A stretch of 64,000 bases of DNA from Bacteroidales bacterium (GCA_963664245.1 OY760934.1:165604-229603); one strand, 5' to 3'; numbered from the stretch's first letter, positions 17,912 through 27,953 are shown. Numbers and translations are program-made. The notes: a model not told the origin generated them from the sequence alone.

Positions 17912-19567
17912 ATGCTTCAGAATTTATTCATCGAAAATTACGCTTTAATTGAAGAACTGGATATCCGGTTTCCCGAAGGTTTTTCGGTAATTACCGGAGA
18001 AACCGGTGCCGGTAAATCCATTATGTTGGGGGCTTTGTCGCTTATTTTGGGTTCACGGGCCGATACAAAGGTGCTCAAAAATGAATCAAAAAAATGTATT
18101 ATTGAAGGAAGTTTCCATGTAGGTGATTATCATTTAGAACCCTTTTTTGAGAAACACGATCTTGATTTTGACGAGCTAAGTATTCTGCGCCGTGAAATTT
18201 CTCCGGGCGGAAAATCCAGGGCATTTATCAACGATACTCCGGTTACCCTGAATGTGCTGAAAGAATTAGGCGATCGTTTGGTGAATATTCATTCCCAGCA
18301 TGAAACCATTACCCTGAATGATGCCAATTTTCAACTGGCCGTGGTGGATAGTTTTGCGAGGACTTCAGGATCCTTACAGGCTTATCAGCAGGAATACCGG
18401 AGTTACAAAGCGCATCTTAAAGAACTAGAAGATTTAAAATCCATTGATTCAAAAGCAAAATCTGATCTGGATTATATCCAGTTTCAGTTTAATGAACTGG
18501 AAGAAGCTAAATTGGAAAAAGATGAGCAGCAAGATTTGGAAGAAGACCAAAAAATACTTTCGCATGCCGAAGAGATTAAATCAGCAATATTGGAATCATC
18601 CGAAAAATTGGATGCTGGCGAAATTAATATCTTAAATCTGTTGAACGAGATTGAACGCTCGTTGCAACATATTGCTCCTTATCATAACGAAGTTGAAGAA
18701 CTTTCGGAACGGATTACTTCCTGCTTGATTGAATTGAAAGATATCAGCCGTGAGTTGAGTTTTACGGGAGATGGTATAAATGTTGATCCTTTTAAGCTTT
18801 CGGAAATTACTGAACGTTTGGATTTAATTTACCAGTTGCAACAAAAACATAAAGTTCAGTCGGTTGAAGAACTTCTGGACTTGAAGGAGCGGCTTGACAA
18901 CCAACTTAATTCCATTGAAAGCATTGATGAGCAAATTGAAGTCCTGAGTAAACAAATTAAAGAGGAAGAAAAAGCACTCAATGATTTGGCCATGGATCTT
19001 TCAGACATGCGTCGCCATGCCATTGCTGATATCGAATCTGAGATTATAGGGATGCTTTGCCAGTTGGGTATGCCTGATGCACGTTTTACCGTGTTGATGG
19101 AACCCTTGCCCGAGCCTGGAAAAGAAGGAATTGACCGTATTAAATTTTTGTTTAATGCCAATAAAGGAGCTGCTTTGCATGAGATCAGCAAGATTGCTTC
19201 GGGAGGTGAATTGTCGCGTTTGATGCTGGCCATTAAATCGATGATTTCAGGGAAACGGTTGTTGCCCACTATTATTTTTGATGAAATTGACATGGGGGTT
19301 TCGGGCGAAGTGGCCGATAAAGTAGGGGATATCCTTTCAAAAATGGCACGGCAAATGCAGGTGATTACCATCACGCACTTACCACAAATTGCCGGAAAAG
19401 GAAATGTTCATTTCCGTGTGTATAAAGATAATTCGGGGGAAATTGCAAAATCTGTAATTGAAAAGTTAAATGCCGATGAACGGGTGGTTGAAATTGCCAA
19501 AATGATGAGTGGGGCAGAAGTCACCGATATTGCCATGGAAAATGCCAGGGTACTTCTCTCAAATTAA
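17912..19567 (+). CDS. recN: DNA repair protein RecN
   Basis: 551 aa. It has an N-terminal Walker A (GETGAGKS), a long coiled-coil middle and a C-terminal SMC signature (ASGGELSRLMLAIK...IIFDEID). Confidence 0.9.
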   Translation: MLQNLFIENYALIEELDIRFPEGFSVITGETGAGKSIMLGALSLILGSRADTKVLKNESKKCIIEGSFHVGDYHLEPFFEKHDLDFDELSILRREISPGGKSRAFINDTPVTLNVLKELGDRLVNIHSQHETITLNDANFQLAVVDSFARTSGSLQAYQQEYRSYKAHLKELEDLKSIDSKAKSDLDYIQFQFNELEEAKLEKDEQQDLEEDQKILSHAEEIKSAILESSEKLDAGEINILNLLNEIERSLQHIAPYHNEVEELSERITSCLIELKDISRELSFTGDGINVDPFKLSEITERLDLIYQLQQKHKVQSVEELLDLKERLDNQLNSIESIDEQIEVLSKQIKEEEKALNDLAMDLSDMRRHAIADIESEIIGMLCQLGMPDARFTVLMEPLPEPGKEGIDRIKFLFNANKGAALHEISKIASGGELSRLMLAIKSMISGKRLLPTIIFDEIDMGVSGEVADKVGDILSKMARQMQVITITHLPQIAGKGNVHFRVYKDNSGEIAKSVIEKLNADERVVEIAKMMSGAEVTDIAMENARVLLSN

Positions 19568-19582
19568 GGATGTCTGGTTTGT

Positions 19583-20056
19583 ATGAAAATTAAACTGATT
19601 TTAATAGGCAAGACCGATAGTGATTACCTAAAAACAGGGGTAGAGGAATATGTTAAACGCCTTACCCATTATATTGGTTTTGAAATGATTGTTGTTCCCG
19701 ATCTGAAAAATACCAAGAAATTATCGGTTCAGCAGCAAAAACAAAAAGAAGGCGAATTAATTACAAAGCATATTCAGCCGGGTGATCATGTTGTTTTGCT
19801 TGATGAAAACGGCAAAGAATTTACTTCGCCCGAATTTGCCACCTTTATCGAGAAACAAAGCCTGAGCGGATTGAAAACCCTGGTTTTTGTGATTGGTGGT
19901 CCTTATGGTTTTTCGGAAGAGCTTTATAAAATAGGGAACCGAAAAATTGCTCTTTCCCGCATGACCTTTTCACACCAAATGGTGCGCCTGATCTTTCTGG
20001 AGCAATTGTATCGTGCAATGACGATCATTAAAGGCGAACCGTATCATCATAATTAA
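19583..20056 (+). CDS. rlmH: 23S rRNA (pseudouridine1915-N3)-methyltransferase RlmH
   Basis: 157-aa SPOUT-fold protein. VFVIGGPYGFSEEL...LSRMTFSHQMVRLIFLEQLYRA is the RlmH signature. Confidence 0.9.
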   Translation: MKIKLILIGKTDSDYLKTGVEEYVKRLTHYIGFEMIVVPDLKNTKKLSVQQQKQKEGELITKHIQPGDHVVLLDENGKEFTSPEFATFIEKQSLSGLKTLVFVIGGPYGFSEELYKIGNRKIALSRMTFSHQMVRLIFLEQLYRAMTIIKGEPYHHN

Positions 20057-20168
20057 ATAATGCTAATTAAGAAATAAATCTAAATTGGGCGTATTGCTGT
20101 ATTGTTTTTATTGAGTATAAATAATTTCGTAATTTTGCGGCTGTCTAAGTATTTCTAAATTTAAAGCT

Positions 20169-21002
20169 ATGTCGTATAATTTGCTTAAAGGGAAAAAAGG
20201 GATCATTTTCGGAGCCCTTGATGAAAAATCAATTGCCTGGAACGTTGCCGAACGTGCCTACGAAGAAGGTGCTACCTTTACCTTAACAAACACTCCGACT
20301 TCCATTCGTTTTGGAACCATTGATAAACTGGCCGAGAAAACCAATTCGATTGTTATTCCTGCCGATGCAACAAACGTTGATGATTTAACGAACCTGATCC
20401 AAAAATCGATGGAGCACCTTGGCGGGAAAGTGGATTTTATTTTACATTCTATCGGGATGTCGCTCAATGTGCGCAAGAAACGCGTGTATAATGATTTGAA
20501 TTATAATTTTCTGGAGAAAACCCTTGATATTTCGGCGGTTTCTTTTCATAAAGTGTTGCAAACCGCTTTTAAACTGGATGCCATTAACGATTGGGGCTCG
20601 GTAGTAGCTTTGTCGTACATCGCGGCTCAACGAACCTTGTTTGGCTATAATGATATGGCCGATGCCAAAGCCCTGCTCGAATCCATTGCCCGTAGTTTTG
20701 GCTACATTTATGGCCGCGAAAAAAGGATCAGGATCAATACTATTTCACAGTCGCCCACGCCAACCACGGCCGGTAGCGGAATCCGTGATTTAGATGGTTT
20801 GATGGATTTTACCGAGCGGATGTCTCCACTTGGAAATGCCACCGCCCTTGAGTGTGCCGATTATTGCATTACCCTTTTCTCAGATTTAACACGTAAGGTT
20901 ACTATGCAAAATTTGTTTCACGACGGAGGTTTCTCAAACATGGGTATGAGCATGCGTGCCATGCACCAATACGAAAAAAGTATTAATTGTAAAGAGTGCT
21001 AG
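20169..21002 (+). CDS. fabI: Enoyl-[acyl-carrier-protein] reductase, FabI type (SDR)
   Basis: 277 aa. The N-terminus LLKGKKGIIFGALDEKSIAW and SYIAAQRTLFGYNDMADAKALLES closely resemble Bacteroides-type FabI. Confidence 0.8.
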   Translation: MSYNLLKGKKGIIFGALDEKSIAWNVAERAYEEGATFTLTNTPTSIRFGTIDKLAEKTNSIVIPADATNVDDLTNLIQKSMEHLGGKVDFILHSIGMSLNVRKKRVYNDLNYNFLEKTLDISAVSFHKVLQTAFKLDAINDWGSVVALSYIAAQRTLFGYNDMADAKALLESIARSFGYIYGREKRIRINTISQSPTPTTAGSGIRDLDGLMDFTERMSPLGNATALECADYCITLFSDLTRKVTMQNLFHDGGFSNMGMSMRAMHQYEKSINCKEC

Positions 21003-21004
21003 TT

Positions 21005-22537
21005 TTATTCGGGATAGGTAAGTTCTTCCACTTTGAATTTTTCAAGAGCCCTCAATAAATTGTCTTCGGGTAAAATAAAATTGTTTTTCCCCCAGTATTC
21101 ATTGATATTTTCGATGTAAGGATGCTTTAATTCAGTTAAGATTTCTTGTGGACTAATTCTTTCTTTCCCCTTGATCCGTAAAATGTTTGCTTCTTTTACG
21201 TCGGTTGTGATCATCTCAAAGCTGATTCTGTAGTTGGAAGACAACAGTTTTCTTTTGTGTCGGGCTTTTAATTGTAAATCACCTTTTACGTGATTAATGT
21301 AAAAATAGTCGCCCGATTTTTTATACGTGATGCTGTAAGCAATTTTTTTAGGATAGGATCTTACCCGGGATTTAGACCTTAAAATAAATTTTCGGACAAA
21401 ATAACTTCTGCGTTTGGTGTTGATTTCAAAATCAGTTTTAACGATGGCGTACGTTTTACTATCTATATAAATAGTTCCACTGAAATTGTCCTCATCTTCT
21501 TTTTTGATCGTTTCGAAATAGATAACGTGAACGGACATCCCATCTGCTGTTTCCATGCCTTCGTATTCATACAGATAATTATTTAGCTCTTCTTCCTTAA
21601 TAAATCCAGGTGGATTCTTAACAATGTCGAGGAATAAGCTTGCATCGATACCGCCTTGTAATTTAAAAAGGATGGTGTCATTGCTTTCGATATTTGTGAA
21701 TTTCCGCAGTTGTAAAAGTTTTGCTGCATCGTTGAACAGAGTGGGGCGATACCTTGTTTTGTATATGTCGAGCAAGCCTTCAATATAAAGCATGTACTTT
21801 TTATTTCTCTGCAGGCTTTCGCGGTAGAATGTTCGTAATTGTGTGGGATGGTCGGGGTAATTGTCGTTGAACGATTGAATGGCCCGGCTTACAATTTCTT
21901 TGGGATCACTCCATCGGATAAATATTTCCTGCAATGAAACAACCTTTGGTTCCAGAAAAAAAGTAGTGTCTATAATATCTTTATTTGCTGTAAAAAACAA
22001 ATGATTGTATCCTAAAAAGGAGATCATTAAACTGTCGTTGAAATATTTCTCCGGAAGCCTAAAGTTAAATTTTCCATTCTCATTGCTAATGGTTCCCATG
22101 CTTTCCCCCAATATGCTAATGGTTGAATATGCCAATGGTTCTTTCGTCTTTTTATCAATGATTTTGCCTTTAATAATCCTGTAGTTTTGGGCGGTTTCTT
22201 CGCTTGGCATTTCGTTTTCTTCTTCTAGTTTTGGGTAGATGACAATTTGTTTGTCGATGGTTTTATAAGCCAGCACCGGATCATTAAATAAACTATCAAG
22301 GATAACCGTTAAAGGATAGTCCTCAAAATAAGCATTTATTTTCCCTTTATTATTAGTGAGTTTTGAATTATAGATAAAAAAATAATCCATATCAACTTCT
22401 ATTCTGTTTAGTGCAGAATCGACAGTGATATTTCGGAAGTGGTATGAAAATGTTTTTAAAAGAATATCTTCCTCATTTGCTGAGGTTTGAAAGACAATGA
22501 GCCCCAGGAAAATAATATTAATGAGAATCTTCTTCAA
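21005..22537 (-). CDS. STN-domain + CarboxypepD_reg-domain protein without a TonB plug or barrel; last gene of an ECF/FecR module
   Basis: 510 aa with a signal peptide. An N-terminal STN-like segment (FRNITVDSALNRIEVDMDYFFIYNS...LAYKTIDKQIVIYP) is followed by a CarboxypepD_reg-like segment (IKGKIIDKKTKEPLAYSTISILG...GKFNF). The roughly 300-aa C-terminal region is alignable with ORF 24130..25389. Its start overlaps the FecR stop by 20 nt. Confidence 0.6.
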   Translation of the reverse strand: MKKILINIIFLGLIVFQTSANEEDILLKTFSYHFRNITVDSALNRIEVDMDYFFIYNSKLTNNKGKINAYFEDYPLTVILDSLFNDPVLAYKTIDKQIVIYPKLEEENEMPSEETAQNYRIIKGKIIDKKTKEPLAYSTISILGESMGTISNENGKFNFRLPEKYFNDSLMISFLGYNHLFFTANKDIIDTTFFLEPKVVSLQEIFIRWSDPKEIVSRAIQSFNDNYPDHPTQLRTFYRESLQRNKKYMLYIEGLLDIYKTRYRPTLFNDAAKLLQLRKFTNIESNDTILFKLQGGIDASLFLDIVKNPPGFIKEEELNNYLYEYEGMETADGMSVHVIYFETIKKEDEDNFSGTIYIDSKTYAIVKTDFEINTKRRSYFVRKFILRSKSRVRSYPKKIAYSITYKKSGDYFYINHVKGDLQLKARHKRKLLSSNYRISFEMITTDVKEANILRIKGKERISPQEILTELKHPYIENINEYWGKNNFILPEDNLLRALEKFKVEELTYPE

Positions 22538-23399
22538 TCGGATCTTGTTTGTTTAAGATATGGATTTTGTTCCCTGTTTTTTTATAATCAAAATTAAAGG
22601 CCAGGCAAATTGACTCAACAATGGTATCTAACGGAACCTGATCAAACTTAGCAGTTAGCTTTAGGTTCGAACTTAAATTGTTATCAATAATAATATTCGA
22701 AGCATATGTTTTATTGATGGTTGTGATAACATAATCTAATGGAGATTCCCTGAAATCGATTAACTTGGTTTTCCACGACATGTAATTGATGTCTGAAATA
22801 GCCTTGCGGTTAAGGATGTTTCTTTCCAGGATAGCTGTTTCACCTTTGATTAAAATCAGGTTGTTATTGTTTAGTTTGCTTGAAAATTTAACGGAACCGC
22901 TCTCAACGCTTACTTCAACGGTTTTTTGGGATGAGTTTGACAATATGTTGAATGAGGTTCCTAATACTTCAACTTGTGCCTCGTTAACATTGATGATAAA
23001 CGGGCGGTTTTTATCTTTTGTAACTTCAAAAAAGGCTTCTCCTTTTAAAGTGATTTCACGTTTATTTTTTTCAAATCTTTTTGGAAAAATAATTTTACTG
23101 TTGGTATTTAAATATACAGTTGTTCCGTCGGGTAAAACTTCAATGGTTTGTTCATTGGCAAAGGTTTCTTTTTCAATAATCTTATTGCTGTTTATTAAGA
23201 TGATTCCAACAATGGATAAGGCTGCAAAAAGAACAATTGTTGCTGCAACCCTGAAAAACGATTTGCTGTTCGTAAATAAAATCCTGCTTGAATCTTTTTC
23301 GTCTACCTGGATTTTTGAACGTAATTCATTCCACGCCTTATTGGTTCCCTCATCATACATGTATGATGCTCCCTCTATTTTATCTTTGTTCGTTTCCAT
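22518..23399 (-). CDS. FecR-family anti-sigma factor / transmembrane sensor
   Basis: 293 aa with a single TM (FFRVAATIVLFAALSIVGIILI). It has a FecR-like periplasmic domain (TLKGEAFFEVTKDKNRPFII) and a C-terminal DUF4974-like segment. Confidence 0.75.
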   Translation of the reverse strand: METNKDKIEGASYMYDEGTNKAWNELRSKIQVDEKDSSRILFTNSKSFFRVAATIVLFAALSIVGIILINSNKIIEKETFANEQTIEVLPDGTTVYLNTNSKIIFPKRFEKNKREITLKGEAFFEVTKDKNRPFIINVNEAQVEVLGTSFNILSNSSQKTVEVSVESGSVKFSSKLNNNNLILIKGETAILERNILNRKAISDINYMSWKTKLIDFRESPLDYVITTINKTYASNIIIDNNLSSNLKLTAKFDQVPLDTIVESICLAFNFDYKKTGNKIHILNKQDPIEEDSH

Positions 23400-23465
23400 T
23401 ATTTCAAAAAGTTAAAATTCTTTTTAGCTGTTTTAAGTTATTATGGCTATTTTGATATTGATTTA

Positions 23466-24083
23466 TTATGTTTGAATGTACTCTGCTAAATGTTTTCTGA
23501 AATATTTCAGTGCTTTGGTTATGTTTGCTTCAACCGTTTTTATGGAAATCGATAAATGATCGGCAATTTCTTGGTATCTCATTCCTTGAAAACGGTTCAT
23601 TTTAAATATCTTTCTACAATTTTCCGGTAATCCTTCTAATATTAAACCTATTTTATGGTTTAATTCGATTGCTTCCATTTCTTCGCCCGGATTTATTGAT
23701 TCAATTTTTTGTTGATTTTTATATTGTTTGTACTTGTTGTCGAGCTTTTTTCTTCGCAATAGCTGCAAACTATTGTTGTAAACCGATCGGTACAAATATG
23801 AATTTACAGTGTTTCTGATTTCAATTTCATTTCGTTTTTCCCATAGCTTTAAAAAAATTTCCTGAACAACTTCATTGGCTTCATCCTCGTCATTGACAAT
23901 TTGCTGGCTATATATTAATAATGGTTTATAATAAGCCCTGAATAATGCTTCAAATGATTTTATATCTCCTTTCTTTATAGCATCAAAACTATTTATGTTT
24001 GTATCGATATAAGTCACTTGTTCTGTTTTAGTTGTTTCAGTTTGCAAAGTTATGAAAACGACCGGAGGAAGCAATTTTTTCAA
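23466..24083 (-). CDS. ECF-type RNA polymerase sigma-70 factor
   Basis: 205 aa. It has region 2 (EANEVVQEIFLKLWEKR) and region 4 HTH (MRYQEIADHLSISIKTVEANITKALKYFR). Confidence 0.85.
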   Translation of the reverse strand: MKKLLPPVVFITLQTETTKTEQVTYIDTNINSFDAIKKGDIKSFEALFRAYYKPLLIYSQQIVNDEDEANEVVQEIFLKLWEKRNEIEIRNTVNSYLYRSVYNNSLQLLRRKKLDNKYKQYKNQQKIESINPGEEMEAIELNHKIGLILEGLPENCRKIFKMNRFQGMRYQEIADHLSISIKTVEANITKALKYFRKHLAEYIQT

Positions 24084-24129
24084 ACAACTTTCCTCCGGAT
24101 CGGGAAATTATAATGAACTGGAACCAATA

Positions 24130-25389
24130 TTATTTGTTAACTCTTTTTAAACGTTTAATTGCCGACTCAATTGATTCATCCGGTTTAATGGTGTTGTATT
24201 TTCCCCAGAAATCCTCATCGTAAAAGTCTTGTACTTTTTCGGTAAAAAAGTCTGATTTTTTAAAGCGTTCTTTTGATTTAATTTTTTGGGCCATATTTTT
24301 ACTTCTGTCAGTGATGGCAATCTCAAAAGTGGTTGCGTATTTTGTAGAGAATAATTTTTTATCCCATTTAATCCTAAATTCGTTGTTTCCAGAGGCATAA
24401 TTGAAATACCATTTGCCATCCTGATACTTATACATGACTTTATAGCTTGCTTTCTCAACATATAATTTCAAGCCTGCGGGTTTTTTACGTAGGAAAATAC
24501 TAGCGGCTTTGGCTTCATCAATTATGTTCAGGTCAAGTTCGGCACCGCTGATTGCCAAGCTTTCAGTGTCGATGAATATTTTTCCGTTAAACAGAGGATA
24601 TTCCGATACATATTTTTGAGTGAATTTTACCACGTAGTTTGTGCGATCGTAAAGGGTTACCGGTGGTTCCATGGTAAATTCATAGTAGTCTAATTCATTT
24701 TCTTCAAATAACGTTTTCGGATCTTTGGCAATATCAAGCATTAATATCGTTGCCGGCCCACCTTGAACTTTGAATAATAAAGTGTCTAAACGTCTTTTGT
24801 CGGTACCTTTTCTTCCTTTTAATATTTTTGTCTGGTCATAAGTAGCCATGTTTGTATAACTTGATTTGTAAACATCAAGCACGGCTTCTGCCAATGAAAC
24901 ATAGTTTTTCCGTTTTTTGATATACTCTCTGAAAAAAGCGGTCATTTGATTAGGCTCAGATGAATAGTTCTTTGGAATCTTTTTTAAAGCTGCCAATAAT
25001 AATTCTTTTGGTGTTTTGGGCGAAACAACAACTTCTGACAGATTAATAATAGTAGGTTCTAATTTAATCGTAATCATTTTTTTACCGAAGTTGCTGATAG
25101 GATATGTCAGATCTTTATAACCCAGATAAGAAATGATTATGTTTTTTGCATTACTGGCATTATCAATTTTTAATTGAAATTCTCCATCTTCGTTGGAGAT
25201 TGTGGCGGTATTTTCACCTTCTACGGTGATGGTTGCATATACTAGCCTTTTATTTGTTTTGGCATCAACAATTTTACCGTTGATTTCAAAATATGATTTA
25301 TTTTGAGCTGATAGGGAAATTGATATGCTGAAGATAAAAAGTAGCATCCATGATAAGGTTAATCCTTTTTTGTTAATTATCGTTTTCAT
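24130..25389 (-). CDS. CarboxypepD_reg-domain protein, paralogue of 21005..22537 lacking the STN domain
   Basis: 419 aa with a signal peptide and a CarboxypepD_reg-like N-terminus (INGKIVDAKTNKRLVYATITVEG...GEFQL). Its C-terminal domain shares blocks with the 510-aa protein (LDVYKSSY... vs LDIYKTRY...; LLFKVQGGPA vs ILFKLQGGID). Confidence 0.6.
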   Translation of the reverse strand: MKTIINKKGLTLSWMLLFIFSISISLSAQNKSYFEINGKIVDAKTNKRLVYATITVEGENTATISNEDGEFQLKIDNASNAKNIIISYLGYKDLTYPISNFGKKMITIKLEPTIINLSEVVVSPKTPKELLLAALKKIPKNYSSEPNQMTAFFREYIKKRKNYVSLAEAVLDVYKSSYTNMATYDQTKILKGRKGTDKRRLDTLLFKVQGGPATILMLDIAKDPKTLFEENELDYYEFTMEPPVTLYDRTNYVVKFTQKYVSEYPLFNGKIFIDTESLAISGAELDLNIIDEAKAASIFLRKKPAGLKLYVEKASYKVMYKYQDGKWYFNYASGNNEFRIKWDKKLFSTKYATTFEIAITDRSKNMAQKIKSKERFKKSDFFTEKVQDFYDEDFWGKYNTIKPDESIESAIKRLKRVNK

Positions 25390-25604
25390 GATGTTTGTAT
25401 ATTAAGTTTGTACTTCTTGTTTTAACCTAATGATTACAAAACATCATTCTACCCTATTGTGTTTTTTTAAAACTAAATGATTTTTATCATTTTTTTGAAA
25501 ATATTTGGTATGTGTGATTTGCAATCTATGGGATTATGCTAAATATTGAAGGGGGGTTGAACAACGTTTTTGAAGTTCACTATTACAATGGAAAGATTAT
25601 AGGC

Positions 25605-26171
25605 TCAAGAATTTATCCAATTCGAAATCATTACACTCCCCTTAACAGTGATGATAGATTCCGGATGAAACTGAAACCCTTTAATGTCAAACTTCTTGTG
25701 CCTGATTGCCATGATGGTTCCGTTTTCGTCATACGCTAAAACTTCCAGTTCGTTACTAAGGCTATGTTTGTTAACGGCCCATGAATGATATAGCCCGATG
25801 GGAGTTCGTTGTGGAACATTATTAAAAATAGTATCCTCTTTAATAATGTGCAAAAAATGTTTTTGCCCATGAAAAGGTTTGTCCAGGTTAAAAAGTTCTG
25901 ATCCGAAATGTTCAGCAATAGCCTGCAGACCCATGCAAATCCCTAAAATATTTTTTTTAGAACCGTATTCTGCCAAAATTTTTTTCATAATGGGAAAATT
26001 ATCGGGCAGAGAAGGTCCCGGCGAAAACATTATTTTGTCAAAAGAATTCACATCCTCCAGCCTTATCTCTGCATGATTATGAACCGTTACTTCAGCCGCA
26101 TTGGTTTCGTTAACCAATTGTACGAGGTTGTATGTAAACGAATCATTATTGTCGACAATCAATAATTTCAT
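25605..26171 (-). CDS. pabA: Aminodeoxychorismate/anthranilate synthase component II (glutamine amidotransferase)
   Basis: The Met at 26171 gives MKLLIVDNNDSFTYNLV. The GICMGLQA catalytic Cys motif and the HPES histidine motif define a class I GATase of the TrpG/PabA type. Confidence 0.8.
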   Translation of the reverse strand: MKLLIVDNNDSFTYNLVQLVNETNAAEVTVHNHAEIRLEDVNSFDKIMFSPGPSLPDNFPIMKKILAEYGSKKNILGICMGLQAIAEHFGSELFNLDKPFHGQKHFLHIIKEDTIFNNVPQRTPIGLYHSWAVNKHSLSNELEVLAYDENGTIMAIRHKKFDIKGFQFHPESIITVKGSVMISNWINS

Positions 26172-26207
26172 ATCACGAATGTTTATCTTTGCAGCTTTCG
26201 GCTTAAA

Positions 26208-27188
26208 ATGGGAACACAAAGTAACGAAACATATTTCGAAAAATTAAATCGTTTAGGAAAACAGCATGTGCCGTTTTTTTTTCTGATTGATTTTGAACAA
26301 AAAAAACCATTGGTGTTTTTGCTGGATGAAATCCCTGCGGATGTTTTATTTGCAATTCCCGGATTTGAGAATGCCCCAAAACAGAAAGATGAGCTCCCCG
26401 TCCGCATTCATTTTGAAAGAAAAATGGTGGGTTTTGATCGTTATAAAACAGCTTTTGAAAATGTGATGGCTCATCTTAAACACGGAGATTCTTATTTATT
26501 GAACCTTACCATGTCTTCGGAAATCTCGTTGAACCTGAGCTTGAAACAGATTTTTGATCATAGCTGTTCCTTGTTTCGTTTGTATTATAAAAATGAGTTT
26601 GTTTGTTTTTCGCCCGAAATTTTTGTGAGGATAAAAAACGGGATAATTTCTTCTTATCCGATGAAAGGAACCATTGATTCAAACATCCCGGGAGCGGAAA
26701 AAAATTTGCTGAATAATTCCAAGGAGTTTGCCGAGCATAATACTATTGTTGATTTAATTCGCAATGACTTGAGTATGGTTGCCCGAGAAGTACGGGTTAA
26801 ACGTTTTCGTTATGTTGAGAAACTGGAAACGATTCGGGGAGGCTTGTTACAAACAAGTTCCGAAATCGTTGGGAAATTGGAGGATGATTATCCCTCAAAA
26901 ATTGGAAGCATCTTGTCAAAATTATTACCAGCCGGATCTATAAGCGGGGCTCCAAAGCAAAAAACGCTGGAGATTATCAAAGCTTCAGAAAAATATACCC
27001 GTGGCTATTATACCGGTATTTTTGGGGTGTTCGACGGTAAAAATCTGGAAAGTGCCGTTGCTATCCGTTACATTGAAAACCAAAAAGGAAACTTGGTCTT
27101 TAAAAGCGGTGGTGGAATTACTGTTTTAAGTAACTTAGAAGAAGAATACCAGGAATTATGTGATAAAGTTTATGTACCCATTATTTGA
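26208..27188 (+). CDS. pabB: Aminodeoxychorismate synthase component I (short form)
   Basis: 326 aa. It has chorismate-binding family motifs (PMKGTI..., HNTIVDLIRND, PAGSISGAPK, RGYYTGIFG, GGGIT). Confidence 0.8.
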   Translation: MGTQSNETYFEKLNRLGKQHVPFFFLIDFEQKKPLVFLLDEIPADVLFAIPGFENAPKQKDELPVRIHFERKMVGFDRYKTAFENVMAHLKHGDSYLLNLTMSSEISLNLSLKQIFDHSCSLFRLYYKNEFVCFSPEIFVRIKNGIISSYPMKGTIDSNIPGAEKNLLNNSKEFAEHNTIVDLIRNDLSMVAREVRVKRFRYVEKLETIRGGLLQTSSEIVGKLEDDYPSKIGSILSKLLPAGSISGAPKQKTLEIIKASEKYTRGYYTGIFGVFDGKNLESAVAIRYIENQKGNLVFKSGGGITVLSNLEEEYQELCDKVYVPII

Positions 27189-27768
27189 GAGCATAAAAAT
27201 TAAAAATGGTTTTGCATACCATATTGCCCTGCATCAGCAGCGTATAAGCAATTCGTATAAGGCTGTTTACAATAAAGAGTGTAGTTTAGAAATAGCTGAT
27301 TGTTTAGAAAAAATGTTGTTGCCCAAGACGGGCTTGTTTAAATACAGGCTACGTTATAATGAACACACCTTTGATGCAGAAATCATTCCTTATATTCCTC
27401 GAGAAATTAATTCGCTGAAAGTTATAAGATCAGATATTAGCTATCAGTACAAATTTACCAAGCGGGATCAAATTAATAAGTTGTTTCAGCAAAAGGGCAA
27501 CGCCGATGACATTATTATTGCTAAAGATGGTTTAATCACCGATTCATCGTATTCAAACCTGGTATTTTTTGATGGGGATGATTGGTTCACCTCTGATACC
27601 CCTTTGCTAAAAGGAATACAGCGCGAACACCTGTTGAGTACAGCTAAAATAAAAGAAAGACAAATCGCTGAACAGGATTTGTCTTCTTATAAGCTAGTGG
27701 GGTTGATTAATGCAATGCTTGACTTTGAGGATAAAATGGTCGTCCCCGTGTCGAACATAATTTTCTGA
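27160..27768 (+). CDS. pabC: Aminotransferase class IV family, probable aminodeoxychorismate lyase
   Basis: 202 aa. It overlaps pabB by 29 nt. It has class IV-like segments (DDIIIAKDGLITDSSYSNLVF, LLKGIQRE). The function is assigned mainly from context. Confidence 0.55.
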   Translation: MIKFMYPLFESIKIKNGFAYHIALHQQRISNSYKAVYNKECSLEIADCLEKMLLPKTGLFKYRLRYNEHTFDAEIIPYIPREINSLKVIRSDISYQYKFTKRDQINKLFQQKGNADDIIIAKDGLITDSSYSNLVFFDGDDWFTSDTPLLKGIQREHLLSTAKIKERQIAEQDLSSYKLVGLINAMLDFEDKMVVPVSNIIF

Positions 27769-27953
27769 TTCAAATATATTCCGAAGCTTTTATTGGTTGT
27801 TCTTAATAGGTTTATTAAAATCTTTTTTAGAATATTTTTATGTATAAACAAACCATTATGCCGAATATTCATTTAAGGATAGGGGAGTTAATAAATGAGA
27901 TATGCACGTAAATGAATTGTAAATGTACAATTATGATGTGTGAAATGCAAATT

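Noticed and set aside
18856-19374. 172-aa minus-strand ORF inside recN
   Set aside because: It is entirely antisense to a well-supported recN coding region. It has a Ser/Ile-rich low-complexity composition and no motif, so it is a shadow ORF.
22786-23415. 209-aa plus-strand ORF
   Set aside because: It is antisense to the FecR-like gene across its whole length. Its Leu/Ser/Phe-rich composition is typical of the complement of an A/T-rich gene, and it has no independent signal.
25536-25739. 67-aa plus-strand ORF at the 3' end of pabA
   Set aside because: It overlaps the C-terminal coding region of pabA on the opposite strand and has no supporting features.
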